In this document: in pieces, positions 21,001-29,868 of the stretch | Numbering within the stretch: the first letter of the stretch is position 1 | Layout: each line of letters starts with the position of its first letter | Assembly (NCBI GenBank): GCA_963787125.1 | Contig: CAWBBV010000001.1 | Span: 512,001 to 576,000, forward strand | DNA length: 64,000 nucleotides | Reading direction: 5' to 3' | Source: an uncultured delta proteobacterium | GTDB taxonomy: Bacteria > Desulfobacterota > Desulfuromonadia > Geobacterales > DSM-12255 | Made by a program: the position numbers and the translations under genes | The notes under the pieces: generated by a model | Told to the model about the DNA's origin: nothing | What the model saw: only the letters and a program-made list of their open reading frames with translations | Databases searched by the model: none

Positions 21001-21132
21001 CACACGATTGAAGAGAAGATGATGGCTCTCAAAGAGCAGAAACTGAAGCTGTATAAAGCCATACTTGAAGAGGGAACTGCCGGCGGCGGTGCCGGCTTGA
21101 CCAGAGAGGATTTCGACTTTCTGCTTGGGTAA
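18025..21132 (+). CDS. SNF2-family helicase/ATPase
   Basis: LADDMGLGKT, DEAQ, LTGTPVEN, FSQF, GLNLT, QASDRAHRIGQ; start uncertain. Confidence 0.92.
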   Translation: MLKHRQLPLFFNKVSVRLVLEESYGRLNGSVQYGETPLNQWSRGLPREVASWLTQLPYYESTLRYFLAYTTLTKGKYPLVFKHPDGREQPLRLLADSPRRACLTFSIIDDEVTICRTVDGASPLSDCCVAARELLLDLDAGTIHPLADREIWRIWDTLEDELSVEREPDVFAADFADDDDFYDDEGFGDDVDDYCPDNEQRKGNRSVTTRARFNAAALRLNSNFTPHCNESILFFHNGAPVICRPERQLSYQLELPANLDSAFIGLLPLVCLNDQKYTFAGELFRFFDHDNRAQYYRLLKAKKRARNLITACFELAEAATPAARRAIIKCAVSGPDYLKRVVKREAKEILTAFVEESGQRPLLIQAAADGWHFAEDNRREQIRLVRLLHDLFGIDAFDSGTSPGEMTVAQEDLLAQLPRLAERLQLGGFSLRIGGEPLATGAWDFALDATASSVDWFELRPEIRCDGELLNAEDLQRLANSGILRRDGKLILIDDLSAQILAMLAGSGLSIGKRKKKGGSEALRIPRLQILDWLQLRSRGVTVRLGADDARILESLLSFGNIAERPLPPSLNATLRPYQCDGYQWLGFLYEHRFGACLADDMGLGKTIQSISLLAGIAAETVVSAAAPRTPHLIVVPPSLLFNWESELARFFPGATVFTYTGSSRSSDTFKEHDIILTSYGIIQRDIEKLLAFRFNVIIFDEAQIVKNLQAATTSAARRLVGAFKLALTGTPVENRIEEYYAIMDLCLPGLLGTAEEFYRACSNRAQGGIDRLLRRTRPFILRRNKQLIAADLPDKIETDIHLELSAKQKTLYQRTVEEVRSQIDEAFAKNSPGQARIIALTAILRLRQICLAPALALPGATDSSPKLDFLLEQLAELRDEGHSVLVFSQFTSYLDIVEAGLKRHHLPYLRLDGSTPVPQRKKLVESFQDSAAPTVFLISLKAGGKGLNLTRATYVYHLDPWWNPAVENQASDRAHRIGQTRQVTITRLIMRHTIEEKMMALKEQKLKLYKAILEEGTAGGGAGLTREDFDFLLG

Positions 21133-21224
21133 GTGGTGAACTGATGTTCAGCTGATTTTTGATGATTCACTCGTCTTCGGCGGTGCCAACGCCAGGCTCT
21201 CAACGATGACTGTAGCGAAGCAAC

Positions 21225-21336
21225 AAAAAAAGGGCAAAGCAGATATGGCTGCCTTGCCCCTCATTTTTAAAGATGTTTTCCGTCCTGCTTACTCTTTCTT
21301 CAGCTCTATCCCCAGATCACTGATCTTCTCGCGGAG
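21225..21336 (-). repeat. Duplicated copy of the ntrC 3' end plus terminator (copy 2)
   Basis: 21264-21329 is identical to 26142-26207 (66 bp); the flanking terminator copy is diverged. Confidence 0.95.
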
Positions 21337-21442
21337 TATAAACCACAGCGGCGTCATGACCCAATTGTCCCTGTCTTTAGTAGTGCACACCTCTGGGGCT
21401 GGCTTCCGGGCCTGACCCTTTTCGGTCGCCTGTCACCCTTCT

Positions 21443-21949
21443 CTACCTCGCCATCGGTGCCCCACCCTGGAACTTCGACATCATGTCGTCAATTTTTTTA
21501 TTCAGCTCGCCAATCGTTACGGTCAGATCGGCCGCTCTACTTTTCAGGGTTGCAATTCTTTTCTGCTGCAGGTCCGCTGTTATAACCAGGTTGTTGTACT
21601 CACTCTGAACTGTCGGATTGCTAATGGGCATTTGATCCCTTATCTCTGACAATCGCTGATTAAGTTCCAATGCAGAGCCGGTCATCGCTTCAAGCTCTTT
21701 GTTGGCATTTTCAAGTGCGTTGGTATTTTGAAGGATTTGTTGCCGATTATATTCGACCTGGTTAAATACCCCCTGCATTTCGACCTGAATAGCCATAGAG
21801 TTTTTCAATTCCTTTTTAATATCTCGTAGTTCAGACAATATTTCACCCAGGTAAAAATTAGTATCTTGCTCCACTGCATGCGCCATAGCAGGGGGTATTA
21901 ATACTGCAGACAGTGCGAATACAACCAAAATAATACCCACTTTTATCAT
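21443..21949 (-). CDS. Hypothetical exported coiled-coil protein
   Basis: Signal peptide ending AMAHA; heptad-like helical body; AT-rich. Confidence 0.7.
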   Translation of the reverse strand: MIKVGIILVVFALSAVLIPPAMAHAVEQDTNFYLGEILSELRDIKKELKNSMAIQVEMQGVFNQVEYNRQQILQNTNALENANKELEAMTGSALELNQRLSEIRDQMPISNPTVQSEYNNLVITADLQQKRIATLKSRAADLTVTIGELNKKIDDMMSKFQGGAPMAR

Positions 21950-22439
21950 CGTAATTGCCCCCGTGTGGATCCAGCATTAGTCACAATTTAACTGCCCCAT
22001 ATATAGCTGCAATAACTTCTAAGTCAACTATTAACGATCCAAGAGACAACTCTTGTTTATACCCTTTCAGGTGTCGGCTCAAATTAACGTACCAGCATTT
22101 TAGTATTCGTCACCAGAATGCCAATCTGGCCGCATATTCATCTTGTCTGGTATAGTAAACTACTGTTATGCGCAACAACATCTAGCATGAAATGGCCATA
22201 AATCTTCTAAAGCGAAAATAAAAATTCGTTTATACCGATACAAAAGAAGCGTTGCCAGGCATCATCACCCAATGCTATTTACATGAGAATGCAAGTATAT
22301 CAAAGGTTTATAACGGACGCCCCGCCAATATCCAGCAAAATGATTATGCAATAGCCAAGTCTCGCCGGGCTCAAATTTTTCTTGTTATTTTCATTTTAAA
22401 ACTTTAGATACTGGTACATCGACGGTTGGCGTTACGGGT

Positions 22440-22529
22440 CTGCATGTTGCATTCAAAACGCTATTTCAAATAACTGAGCACCACAATGGTATGCACAAAG
22501 GAGAATTGGTCATGAAAAAATCGTTATTT
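22440..22529 (+). repeat. Diverged direct repeat of upstream region and gene start (partner ~23289-23374)
   Basis: tgcatg..tg.attcaa.acgctattt...ccac(a)aatggtatgca...tggtcatgaaaaa.cgttatt present at both positions. Confidence 0.8.
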
Positions 22530-23138
22530 GTTGTTCTGGCAAGCTTGTTTCTGTACGTCACACCGGCTTCGGCACTCGATCCCATTGTCTTCGTTCATGG
22601 CTACTCCGGCAGCACCATCGTCAACTTTTCAGCCATGATTGGCTGGTTCAAGGCTGACGGGTACCCCTCAAATTACCTCAACTACTACACCTACAACACC
22701 ATTCCCGGTGTTATCAACGGGGCAAAGATCTTGCAATCGAAGGTAAACGCTACCCTGGCGGCAACGGGAAAGAGCAAGGTGGACCTCGTCTGCCACTCAA
22801 TGGGGGGTCTGGTCGCCCGTTATTACATGAAATATCTGGGAGGCGCAGCCAAGGTTAATCAGGTTGTTTATATCGCTACGCCTCATCAAGGGACCATTAT
22901 CTCTTATCTCGACCCCTTTACGCAGGCGGCAAAAGACATGCATGCGGGGTCGTCGCTCCTCAAATCCATCGACGGGTATATCCCGGGGATGTCACTCTGG
23001 TCTTACTGTGACGAGGTAGTGATCCCCAACTCAAGCGCAAACTACGGCTATGCTGTCTGCGACGGCTGCCAGCTGCACATAGCCAGCACCTGGAACTGGG
23101 GCGTCTATACCAAAACAAGGGATTACATTAAGCCGTAG
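22512..23138 (+). CDS. Secreted small alpha/beta-hydrolase lipase/esterase
   Basis: Signal peptide (ASA/LD), PIVFVHG, nucleophile CHSMGG, ATPHQGT, DEVV. Confidence 0.88.
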   Translation: MKKSLFVVLASLFLYVTPASALDPIVFVHGYSGSTIVNFSAMIGWFKADGYPSNYLNYYTYNTIPGVINGAKILQSKVNATLAATGKSKVDLVCHSMGGLVARYYMKYLGGAAKVNQVVYIATPHQGTIISYLDPFTQAAKDMHAGSSLLKSIDGYIPGMSLWSYCDEVVIPNSSANYGYAVCDGCQLHIASTWNWGVYTKTRDYIKP

Positions 23139-23196
23139 CGAGTAGCTAAATGAATCAGCTTGATTAGGTCATCTTGTCCGAACGTGGAATTCCGAT

Positions 23197-23252
23197 AACG
23201 CTGCTTGATATTTTGCTAGTGCCATAATTAGCAATCTAACAAGCAGCGTTTT
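23197..23252. terminator. Long interrupted hairpin, probable terminator
   Basis: aacgctgcttg...ttgcta...tagcaa...caagcagcgtt followed by tt. Confidence 0.5.
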
Positions 23253-23445
23253 CAAGCGCACACCACGGAGGGGTCAAGTATCCTCGGGGTGCATGATGAA
23301 TTCAAGACGCTATTTAAACATGCCGCGCCACAAATGGTATGCAAAAGGCGCAATGGTCATGAAAAACCGTTATTCAGGACCAAGACAGGGGCTCCAGTAT
23401 TTTGTTCTATCTAAAAGAACTTAAAAATTAGAGAGGGGAACATTT

Positions 23446-26025
23446 ATGAAAATTCGCATTACCGAGACAAAGCTCCATTGGGTCGTTTTTCTGACCGCCC
23501 AGTTGTTAATGATGTTTTCGGCTGCTTATGCCGCAAACCTGCCGGGAGGCAGGTACATCGTCACCGTCGCCAGCAGCCAGAAGTGTGTGAATGTCCCCAA
23601 TGGCAGTACAGCTGACGGTGTGCAACTGCAACAGTTGACCTGCAACAGCTCTGTTGCACAACAGTTCGATATAAACCCCACCGATAACGGCTACTACAAG
23701 ATCATCAACGCCAACAGCGGCAAAGCTGTCGATATCCGGGGCTCCTCAACCGCTGATGGCGGGGTTGCGCAGCAGTACACCTGGAACAATTCCAATGCCC
23801 AGCACTATCTGCTCCAGACTAACGGCAAGGGTTTTGTGCTCCGTAACCGCAATTCCGGCAAATGCCTTGACCTGAAAGACTGGAACAGTGCTGACGGCGG
23901 TCTGTTGCAGCAGATGGCCTGCACCGGCGGAGCCAACCAGACGTTTCAGCTTACCCCAACTGCCGGAGCCAACAAGACTGTGGAAGATGGCCGCTACTCC
24001 ATAAAGTCTGTAAACAGCGGCAGATGCCTTGATGTCCCCAACTCCAGCACCGCTGACAGCGTCCAATTACAGCAGTGGGGTTGCAACGGGACCGCCACCC
24101 AGCAGTATGATTTCACCTATGTCGGCAACAGCCTGTATGAAATCATGAATGCCAACAGCGGCAAGTGTGTCGATCTTCGCTCCGGCGGCACCGGTAACGG
24201 TACTGCCATTCAGCAGTATAGCTGCAACCAGGGCGTCAACCAGCGGTTTTATGCCAAGGGGATGGGGGACGGTTCGTTCCAGTTCAACCCTTACGCAACT
24301 ACCCGGGTATTTGACGTTTATAACGCTTCAACTGCTGATGGCTCGAAAATCCAGATCTGGGACAACGCTAACAGCGCCAATCAGAAATGGAATATGACCA
24401 AGGTCGCCTACACTCCGAACATGACCGATGCGACCTATAAAATAGTTGCCGTTCATAGCAACAAATGTCTTGATGTGCCGAACTCCAGCACCTCCCCCGG
24501 GCAGCAGATCCAGCAGTATAGCTGTAATGGCACCAATGCCCAGAATTTCACGGTTGCCCACCAAGGGGACGGCTATTACAAGATTGCCAATGTGACTAAC
24601 GGCCTGTCCCTGGCGGTACGCGACTTCTCAGCCGGTACTAAAGCCATCGAACAGAGTGACCCGCATGGCGGCAACAACCAGCTCTTCCGGTTTGTGCCTT
24701 ACGGTTCCGGGTATCTGATTCGTCCCAAATCCAGCTACCTCTGCTTTGACATTAATGGCGCCAGCACCTCCGATGGTGCGCTGCTGCAGCAGCAAACCTG
24801 CAACTACAATAATAATCAGGTTTATAAATTCCAGTTATCATCGTCATCTTCCTCTACTTTGCCGTCAGGCACCGCCAACTCCGACACCGTCGTGCTGCTG
24901 CATGGCTTTGCCGGCTGGGATCGGAATGAAATGTTTGGCCTTAAATACTGGGGTGGTGGTTGGTCCGGCAGTATGGATCTGCAGGAGTATCTGAAATCCC
25001 AGGGGCATAACACTGTCACCCTGGGGGTCGGACCGATTAGCTCCAACTGGGATCGTGCTGTCGAAGCATATTATGAGCTTAAAGGCGGGTGCGTCGACTA
25101 TGGTGCCGCCCATTCAGCACGCCACGGCCACAATCGCAACGGTCGCTGCTTCACCGCTCGCACCCCGACCTGGGATGACAGTCACAAAGTTCATATCATC
25201 AGCCATAGCCAGGGTGGCCAGACCGGCAGGATGCTGATTGAGTTGCTGCGCAACGGGTCCCAGGCGGAGCGTGATGCCAGCGGCAGTTCGGTTTCTGATC
25301 TTTACAAAGGTGGCAAAAACTGGGTGCACAGCCTGACTACCGTCAGCACTCCCCACAACGGCACTACCCTGACCAATGTCGTGCAGATGCTCGGCATCAC
25401 CCAGAAGTTTGTTGAAATGGCTTATGGCGTTGCAGGAATGATCAGTGGCGAGAATGTTGTATATGACCTGAAACTTGACCAGTGGAACCTGCTGCGCAAT
25501 CAGAATGAGGGCTTTACCAGCTACTCCAACCGTGTTAATGCATCCCCCATCTGGACATCTTCCTATGACACCAGTCTCTGGGATCTCAGCCCGGATGGCG
25601 CCAAGGAGATGAATCAGTGGGTGCATGATTTTTCCGATATCTATTACTTCTCATTTTCCACCAAATCAACCTATAAGGCGTTTTGGGACGGGAAGCAGTA
25701 TCCAATCATCAGCACTTTCACACCGTTCATACCGCAATCATTCCTGATGGGACGCTACACCCACAATGACCCGACCAAGGTCATTATTGACAGCAGTTGG
25801 TGGCCGAACGACAGCGTGGTGAACACCAGCAGCATGAAGGCCCCGTCCGGTTCGCTGTCGACCGACTACACCTACAACGGTTTCCCCCAGGTCGGTATCT
25901 GGAACAACATGAGCCTTTTGAACGGCTGGGATCATTTGGATGTAACCGGTATGTTCTGCGCACCATTCTGCAATATCAACTCGCTCTACCTGAATCATGT
26001 GAAACTTCTGAAAACCCTCTACTGA
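23446..26025 (+). CDS. Secreted protein with three ricin-B beta-trefoil lectin domains and a C-terminal lipase
   Basis: Signal peptide; repeated SGKCLDV...QQY.C...NQ.F/W units; Ser linker; VLLHGFAGW, SNWDRA, HSARHGH, SHSQGG, TPHNGT, WPNDSVV, WDHLD. Confidence 0.9.
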   Translation: MKIRITETKLHWVVFLTAQLLMMFSAAYAANLPGGRYIVTVASSQKCVNVPNGSTADGVQLQQLTCNSSVAQQFDINPTDNGYYKIINANSGKAVDIRGSSTADGGVAQQYTWNNSNAQHYLLQTNGKGFVLRNRNSGKCLDLKDWNSADGGLLQQMACTGGANQTFQLTPTAGANKTVEDGRYSIKSVNSGRCLDVPNSSTADSVQLQQWGCNGTATQQYDFTYVGNSLYEIMNANSGKCVDLRSGGTGNGTAIQQYSCNQGVNQRFYAKGMGDGSFQFNPYATTRVFDVYNASTADGSKIQIWDNANSANQKWNMTKVAYTPNMTDATYKIVAVHSNKCLDVPNSSTSPGQQIQQYSCNGTNAQNFTVAHQGDGYYKIANVTNGLSLAVRDFSAGTKAIEQSDPHGGNNQLFRFVPYGSGYLIRPKSSYLCFDINGASTSDGALLQQQTCNYNNNQVYKFQLSSSSSSTLPSGTANSDTVVLLHGFAGWDRNEMFGLKYWGGGWSGSMDLQEYLKSQGHNTVTLGVGPISSNWDRAVEAYYELKGGCVDYGAAHSARHGHNRNGRCFTARTPTWDDSHKVHIISHSQGGQTGRMLIELLRNGSQAERDASGSSVSDLYKGGKNWVHSLTTVSTPHNGTTLTNVVQMLGITQKFVEMAYGVAGMISGENVVYDLKLDQWNLLRNQNEGFTSYSNRVNASPIWTSSYDTSLWDLSPDGAKEMNQWVHDFSDIYYFSFSTKSTYKAFWDGKQYPIISTFTPFIPQSFLMGRYTHNDPTKVIIDSSWWPNDSVVNTSSMKAPSGSLSTDYTYNGFPQVGIWNNMSLLNGWDHLDVTGMFCAPFCNINSLYLNHVKLLKTLY

Positions 26026-26034
26026 TCTGAAAAA

Positions 26035-26065
26035 ACTGCTCCATATTGTAAAGATATGGAGCAGT
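26035..26065. terminator. Hairpin after the ricin-lipase gene
   Basis: actgctccatat-tgtaaag-atatggagcagt, perfect 12-bp stem. Confidence 0.65.
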
Positions 26066-26104
26066 AACTCCACAGCGGGGCCAACACAGCGCGGGCAGGT
26101 AAAG

Positions 26105-26146
26105 AAAAAGGGGCAAAGCAGCTATGAATGCTGTGCCCCTTTTTTT
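26105..26146 (-). terminator. Intrinsic terminator of the dusB-ntrB-ntrC operon
   Basis: aaaaaggggca-aagca...tgctg-tgcccctttttt. Confidence 0.8.
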
Positions 26147-26166
26147 AAAGATGTTTTCCGTCCTGC

Positions 26167-27606
26167 TTACTCTTTCTTCAGCTCTATCCCCAGATCACTG
26201 ATCTTCTTGCGGAGGGTGTTGCGATTTATTCCGAGAATGCTGGCGGCGCGCACCTGATTCCAGCGGGTTTTTTCCAAAAGAAACGTGATCAGTGGCCGCT
26301 CAACCTGCTCAATCACCATATTATAGAGCTCGCCGCTGTCAAGTTTGTCCACATTGACAAAGGATGATCTCAGTTTCCTGTCTACCAGAAACTCCAGTGA
26401 CACATCGTCTCCGGGGGCAGTGCCCCCACCCGCCGGCGTCAGCACCGGAAAATCCTCTATCGTCAGCAGCGGATCGGAAGAGAGGATTACCGCTCTCTTG
26501 ATAACATTTTCCAGCTCCCGCACGTTGCCGGGCCATGAGTTCGCCGCCAGCCGGTCCAGTGCCGGTTGCTCGATCTTTTTGAGCTGAATGTCCAGTTCGG
26601 CACAGGTCTTCTGGAGGAAGTGGTCGACAAGGAGCAGGATATCCTCGCGCCTCTCACGCAGCGGCATAAGGTTAATCGGCACGACGTTGAGGCGATAGTA
26701 AAGATCTTCCCGGAAGAGCCGTTGCTGGACGAGTTGGTGCAGATCCTGGTTGGTGGCGGCAACAATCCGCACGTCGACAGCTATATTCTGACTACCGCCG
26801 GTACGGGTGATCTCCCGCTCCTGGAGAACTCTGAGGATCTTTGCCTGCAGGTCCAGCGGCATGTCGCCGATTTCGTCCAGAAATACCGTGCCGCCGTTGG
26901 CCTGTTCGAATTTCCCCGGCTTGCGCTCGGTTGCGCCGGTAAATGAACCTTTTTCATGGCCGAAAAGTTCTGTTTCCAGGAGCTCTTTCGGAATGGCGGC
27001 ACAGTTCATGGCGATAAACGGCTTACCGAGTCTTTTGGAGTTGCAGTGAATGGCTTTGGCGATCAACTCCTTGCCGGTGCCCGATTCTCCCTGTATCAGG
27101 ACGGTCATGTCGCTGGGAGCAACTTTGCCGATAGTTTTATAGACCTCCCTCATGGGGGCGGAATTGCCGATAATCCCTTTGTCCAGCAGGTAGTGCTCTT
27201 TCAGTTCGTCTTTGAGCGTTGATACCTGCAGTGTCATCTCCTGCGCCCTGCTGGCTTTCTCGACTATGGCGTCCATCATGTCAAGGTCGAACGGTTTTGT
27301 CAGATAGTCGTAGGCGCCCCGTTTCATCGCCTCGACAGCATTTTTCATCCCTGCTTCTGCGGTCATGATGACTACCAGCAGCTCGCTTTTCAGTTCACGC
27401 ACCTTGTCCAGCAGGTCGAGACCGTTGATTCCGGGCATTTTGATGTCGAGAATGGCGAGATCGTAGCTTTCGCTGCGGATAAGGCGGAGCGCTTCGTCGC
27501 CATCACGGGCCAGATCAACGGTAAACCCTTTTTTGCGGAGCGCCTTTGATAGGACCCAGCGCATGCTTTCTTCGTCATCGGCCACAAGTATTCTATGTAT
27601 TGACAT
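26167..27606 (-). CDS. ntrC: Sigma-54-dependent response regulator, NtrC/GnfM type
   Basis: REC domain, [22 protein letters not shown], Fis HTH; dusB-ntrB-ntrC context. Confidence 0.88.
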   Translation of the reverse strand: MSIHRILVADDEESMRWVLSKALRKKGFTVDLARDGDEALRLIRSESYDLAILDIKMPGINGLDLLDKVRELKSELLVVIMTAEAGMKNAVEAMKRGAYDYLTKPFDLDMMDAIVEKASRAQEMTLQVSTLKDELKEHYLLDKGIIGNSAPMREVYKTIGKVAPSDMTVLIQGESGTGKELIAKAIHCNSKRLGKPFIAMNCAAIPKELLETELFGHEKGSFTGATERKPGKFEQANGGTVFLDEIGDMPLDLQAKILRVLQEREITRTGGSQNIAVDVRIVAATNQDLHQLVQQRLFREDLYYRLNVVPINLMPLRERREDILLLVDHFLQKTCAELDIQLKKIEQPALDRLAANSWPGNVRELENVIKRAVILSSDPLLTIEDFPVLTPAGGGTAPGDDVSLEFLVDRKLRSSFVNVDKLDSGELYNMVIEQVERPLITFLLEKTRWNQVRAASILGINRNTLRKKISDLGIELKKE

Positions 27607-27642
27607 AACAAACCTCTAGTGCCGGGGCTGTCCCGACTCTGC

Positions 27643-28731
27643 TCACTGAATCAGCGGCAGCATGATTGCAAATGTTGTCCCGCGCCCGACTGTTGAATCA
27701 ACCCGGATCATGCCGCGATGCTCGGCAACAATCTTTTGACAGATAGCCAGACCAAGGCCGGTCCCTTTCTCTTTGGTGGTGTAAAACGGGGTGAACAGCT
27801 GCTCCAGCACTTCCGGCGGTATGCCGCTGCCGTTATCGGCGATCTCGATGGCAACCATGCGTGAGCGCCCCTCACCTTTCTGGGTCATGCTGTATTCGGA
27901 AACGATTCGACTCGAAATTTCAATGACCCCGGATTCACCAACTGCCTCAACAGCGTTTTTAATCAGATTGAGAAACAGTTGGGTCAGTCGCCCTTCATCC
28001 GCCAGGATGGGAGGAATGCTGGGGTCGAGATGGCGCTGGAAGATGATGTTTTTGCTTTCCGTTGCCTGTTGCTGCAAAAAGACGATATGGGCAAGAATCT
28101 TGTGGAGATTAACCCCGACAAGGTTGAGGCTCCGCGGCGAAGAGAGGTCCAGCAGCTCCTCGACAATCCGGTTGACCCGCTGCACCTCTTTGAGCACAAC
28201 GCCGGTACATTCCCTGAGCTCATCATCTTCAGCAAGTTCCATCTCCAGGAGTTGCGCCGCCCCCCTGATGCCGCCGAGGGGATTTTTTATCTCGTGGGCC
28301 AGGCCCGCTGCCAGGGTGCCGAGAGCGGAGAGTCGGTCAGCCTTGCGGACAGCTTCTTCAAGCTCCCTGATGTTTGTCAGATCACGCAACAGGACGATGG
28401 TGCCGGCGCGGGCACCGTCGCCAAGGAGGAGCGGCGAAACCGAAACGCTTAACGGGGTGAGACGGTTCCCCTTTGTAAGGACAATATTCTCGTGGTCGGA
28501 GATAGACATGCCGCTGACAAGGCACTTTTCCGCCATCTCCAGCAGTTGTGATTCACCTTTGAAAAGCATGGAAAAAGGCTGGCCTTTGCTGATTCGCCGG
28601 GAGACACCGGCGATCTCCTCGGCAACAGGGTTCATCAGGATGACATTGCCGTCGCGGTTCAGGACTATGACGCCGTCGCCGACACTGTCGATCACGTTTG
28701 CGTAGAATTCGGGAAGATTTTCAGGGTTCAT
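27643..28731 (-). CDS. ntrB: PAS sensor histidine kinase, NtrB/GnfL type
   Basis: PAS, LAHEIKNPL, NLIKNA, DNGSGI, GTGLGL. Confidence 0.88.
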   Translation of the reverse strand: MNPENLPEFYANVIDSVGDGVIVLNRDGNVILMNPVAEEIAGVSRRISKGQPFSMLFKGESQLLEMAEKCLVSGMSISDHENIVLTKGNRLTPLSVSVSPLLLGDGARAGTIVLLRDLTNIRELEEAVRKADRLSALGTLAAGLAHEIKNPLGGIRGAAQLLEMELAEDDELRECTGVVLKEVQRVNRIVEELLDLSSPRSLNLVGVNLHKILAHIVFLQQQATESKNIIFQRHLDPSIPPILADEGRLTQLFLNLIKNAVEAVGESGVIEISSRIVSEYSMTQKGEGRSRMVAIEIADNGSGIPPEVLEQLFTPFYTTKEKGTGLGLAICQKIVAEHRGMIRVDSTVGRGTTFAIMLPLIQ

Positions 28732-29701
28732 GGTTTCCTTGGAGGAAAAATTCATGGCAAGCGGCCTCCAGTTCGGCTCTGCTCCCCAGCCTGTTTACGG
28801 TTCCTCTGAACTGTGCCGCCCCGCTGAGGCCTCGTGCATACCAGCAGAGGTGTTTGCGCATCTCACTGATGGCGATCCGTTCACCGCTGTCTGCAATAAA
28901 CAGCTCAAAATGGCGCATCGCCACGACGTATCTTTCTGCTGCCGCTACCGGGACAGCTTCGCCGCCGCTTTGCAAGACCAGCGCCTGCCTGAATATCCAG
29001 GGGTTGCCCAGGGCGCCGCGGGCAATCATGACGCCGTCGCAGCCGGTCTTTTGCAGCATTGCTGTAACGTCTTCAGCCGTGAAAAGGTCGCCGCTGCCGA
29101 GAACCGGGATGCTGAGGGCAGTTTTCAACGCAGCCAGGTGCGTCCAGTCAGAGTGGCCTTCAAACATCTGGTTGCGAGTCCTTGGGTGCAGCGTTACGGC
29201 ATCGGCGCCTTCATCCTCGGCAATCCGGCCGACAAGCATAAAATTAATCGAGTCGGGATTCCAGCCCGAGCGGATCTTGACGGTCAACGGCAGTTTGGTC
29301 GCGGCACGCACCGCCCGGACAATAGCCCGAATCTTTTCAGGGTTTTGCAAAAGTGCGCTCCCTGCACCGCTCCCGACCACCTTTTTTACCGGGCACCCCA
29401 TGTTTATATCAATCAGATCTGCATAGGTTTCGGATAGCCGCGCACCCTCTGCCAGCAGTTCTGCGTTATCCCCGAAGAGTTGAACGCCGAGCGGCCGGTC
29501 CGCACTACTGCTGCGCATCAGTTCAAAACTGCGCTTGCCATCTCTGACAAGGCCATTGACGCTGACCATTTCGGTAAAACAGAGCGCTGCCCCCTGCTCT
29601 CTGGCCAACAGGCGCGCCGCAAAATTTGTAATCCCTGCCATTGGTGCAAGTAGCAAGTTGTCTGCCAGTTCAAGAGAACCTATTTTCAGTTTTATGTTCA
29701 T
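28721..29701 (-). CDS. dusB: tRNA-dihydrouridine synthase DusB
   Basis: LAPMAG, DINMGCP, VKIRSG, HPRTR, IARGALGNPW; alternative start at 29746. Confidence 0.95.
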   Translation of the reverse strand: MNIKLKIGSLELADNLLLAPMAGITNFAARLLAREQGAALCFTEMVSVNGLVRDGKRSFELMRSSSADRPLGVQLFGDNAELLAEGARLSETYADLIDINMGCPVKKVVGSGAGSALLQNPEKIRAIVRAVRAATKLPLTVKIRSGWNPDSINFMLVGRIAEDEGADAVTLHPRTRNQMFEGHSDWTHLAALKTALSIPVLGSGDLFTAEDVTAMLQKTGCDGVMIARGALGNPWIFRQALVLQSGGEAVPVAAAERYVVAMRHFELFIADSGERIAISEMRKHLCWYARGLSGAAQFRGTVNRLGSRAELEAACHEFFLQGNHEP

Positions 29702-29868
29702 TGATTGTGGTTGCTGAAGGGCTGATTTTATTGCAATTGCGGGCATTGATCGGCCAATCTGTAAAATTATTATTCAAAGGCCCGGAAAGTAGTGTGCCAA
29801 ATTTTTATGCAATTACGGCTGATATGCCTAAAAAACATGCACGCCGGACGGTTTGTTAATGTTAGCCG

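Noticed and set aside
21206..21415. 69-aa ORF on the + strand
   Set aside because: It is the antisense reading of the duplicated ntrC end and terminator.
22400..22460. Sigma-54 promoter for the lipase cassette
   Set aside because: A GG-N10-GC spacing exists, but it lacks the TGGCAC context.
23446..24840. Repeated DNA units as a CRISPR or tandem-repeat array
   Set aside because: The repeats are degenerate, in frame and explained by ricin-B subdomains; no cas genes or repeat-spacer pattern were seen in the window.
27791..28705. Long antisense ORFs (e.g. 304 aa opposite ntrB, and similar ones opposite ileS, selA, SNF2, rsgA)
   Set aside because: Shadow frames of GC-rich coding genes with no RBS or recognisable motifs.
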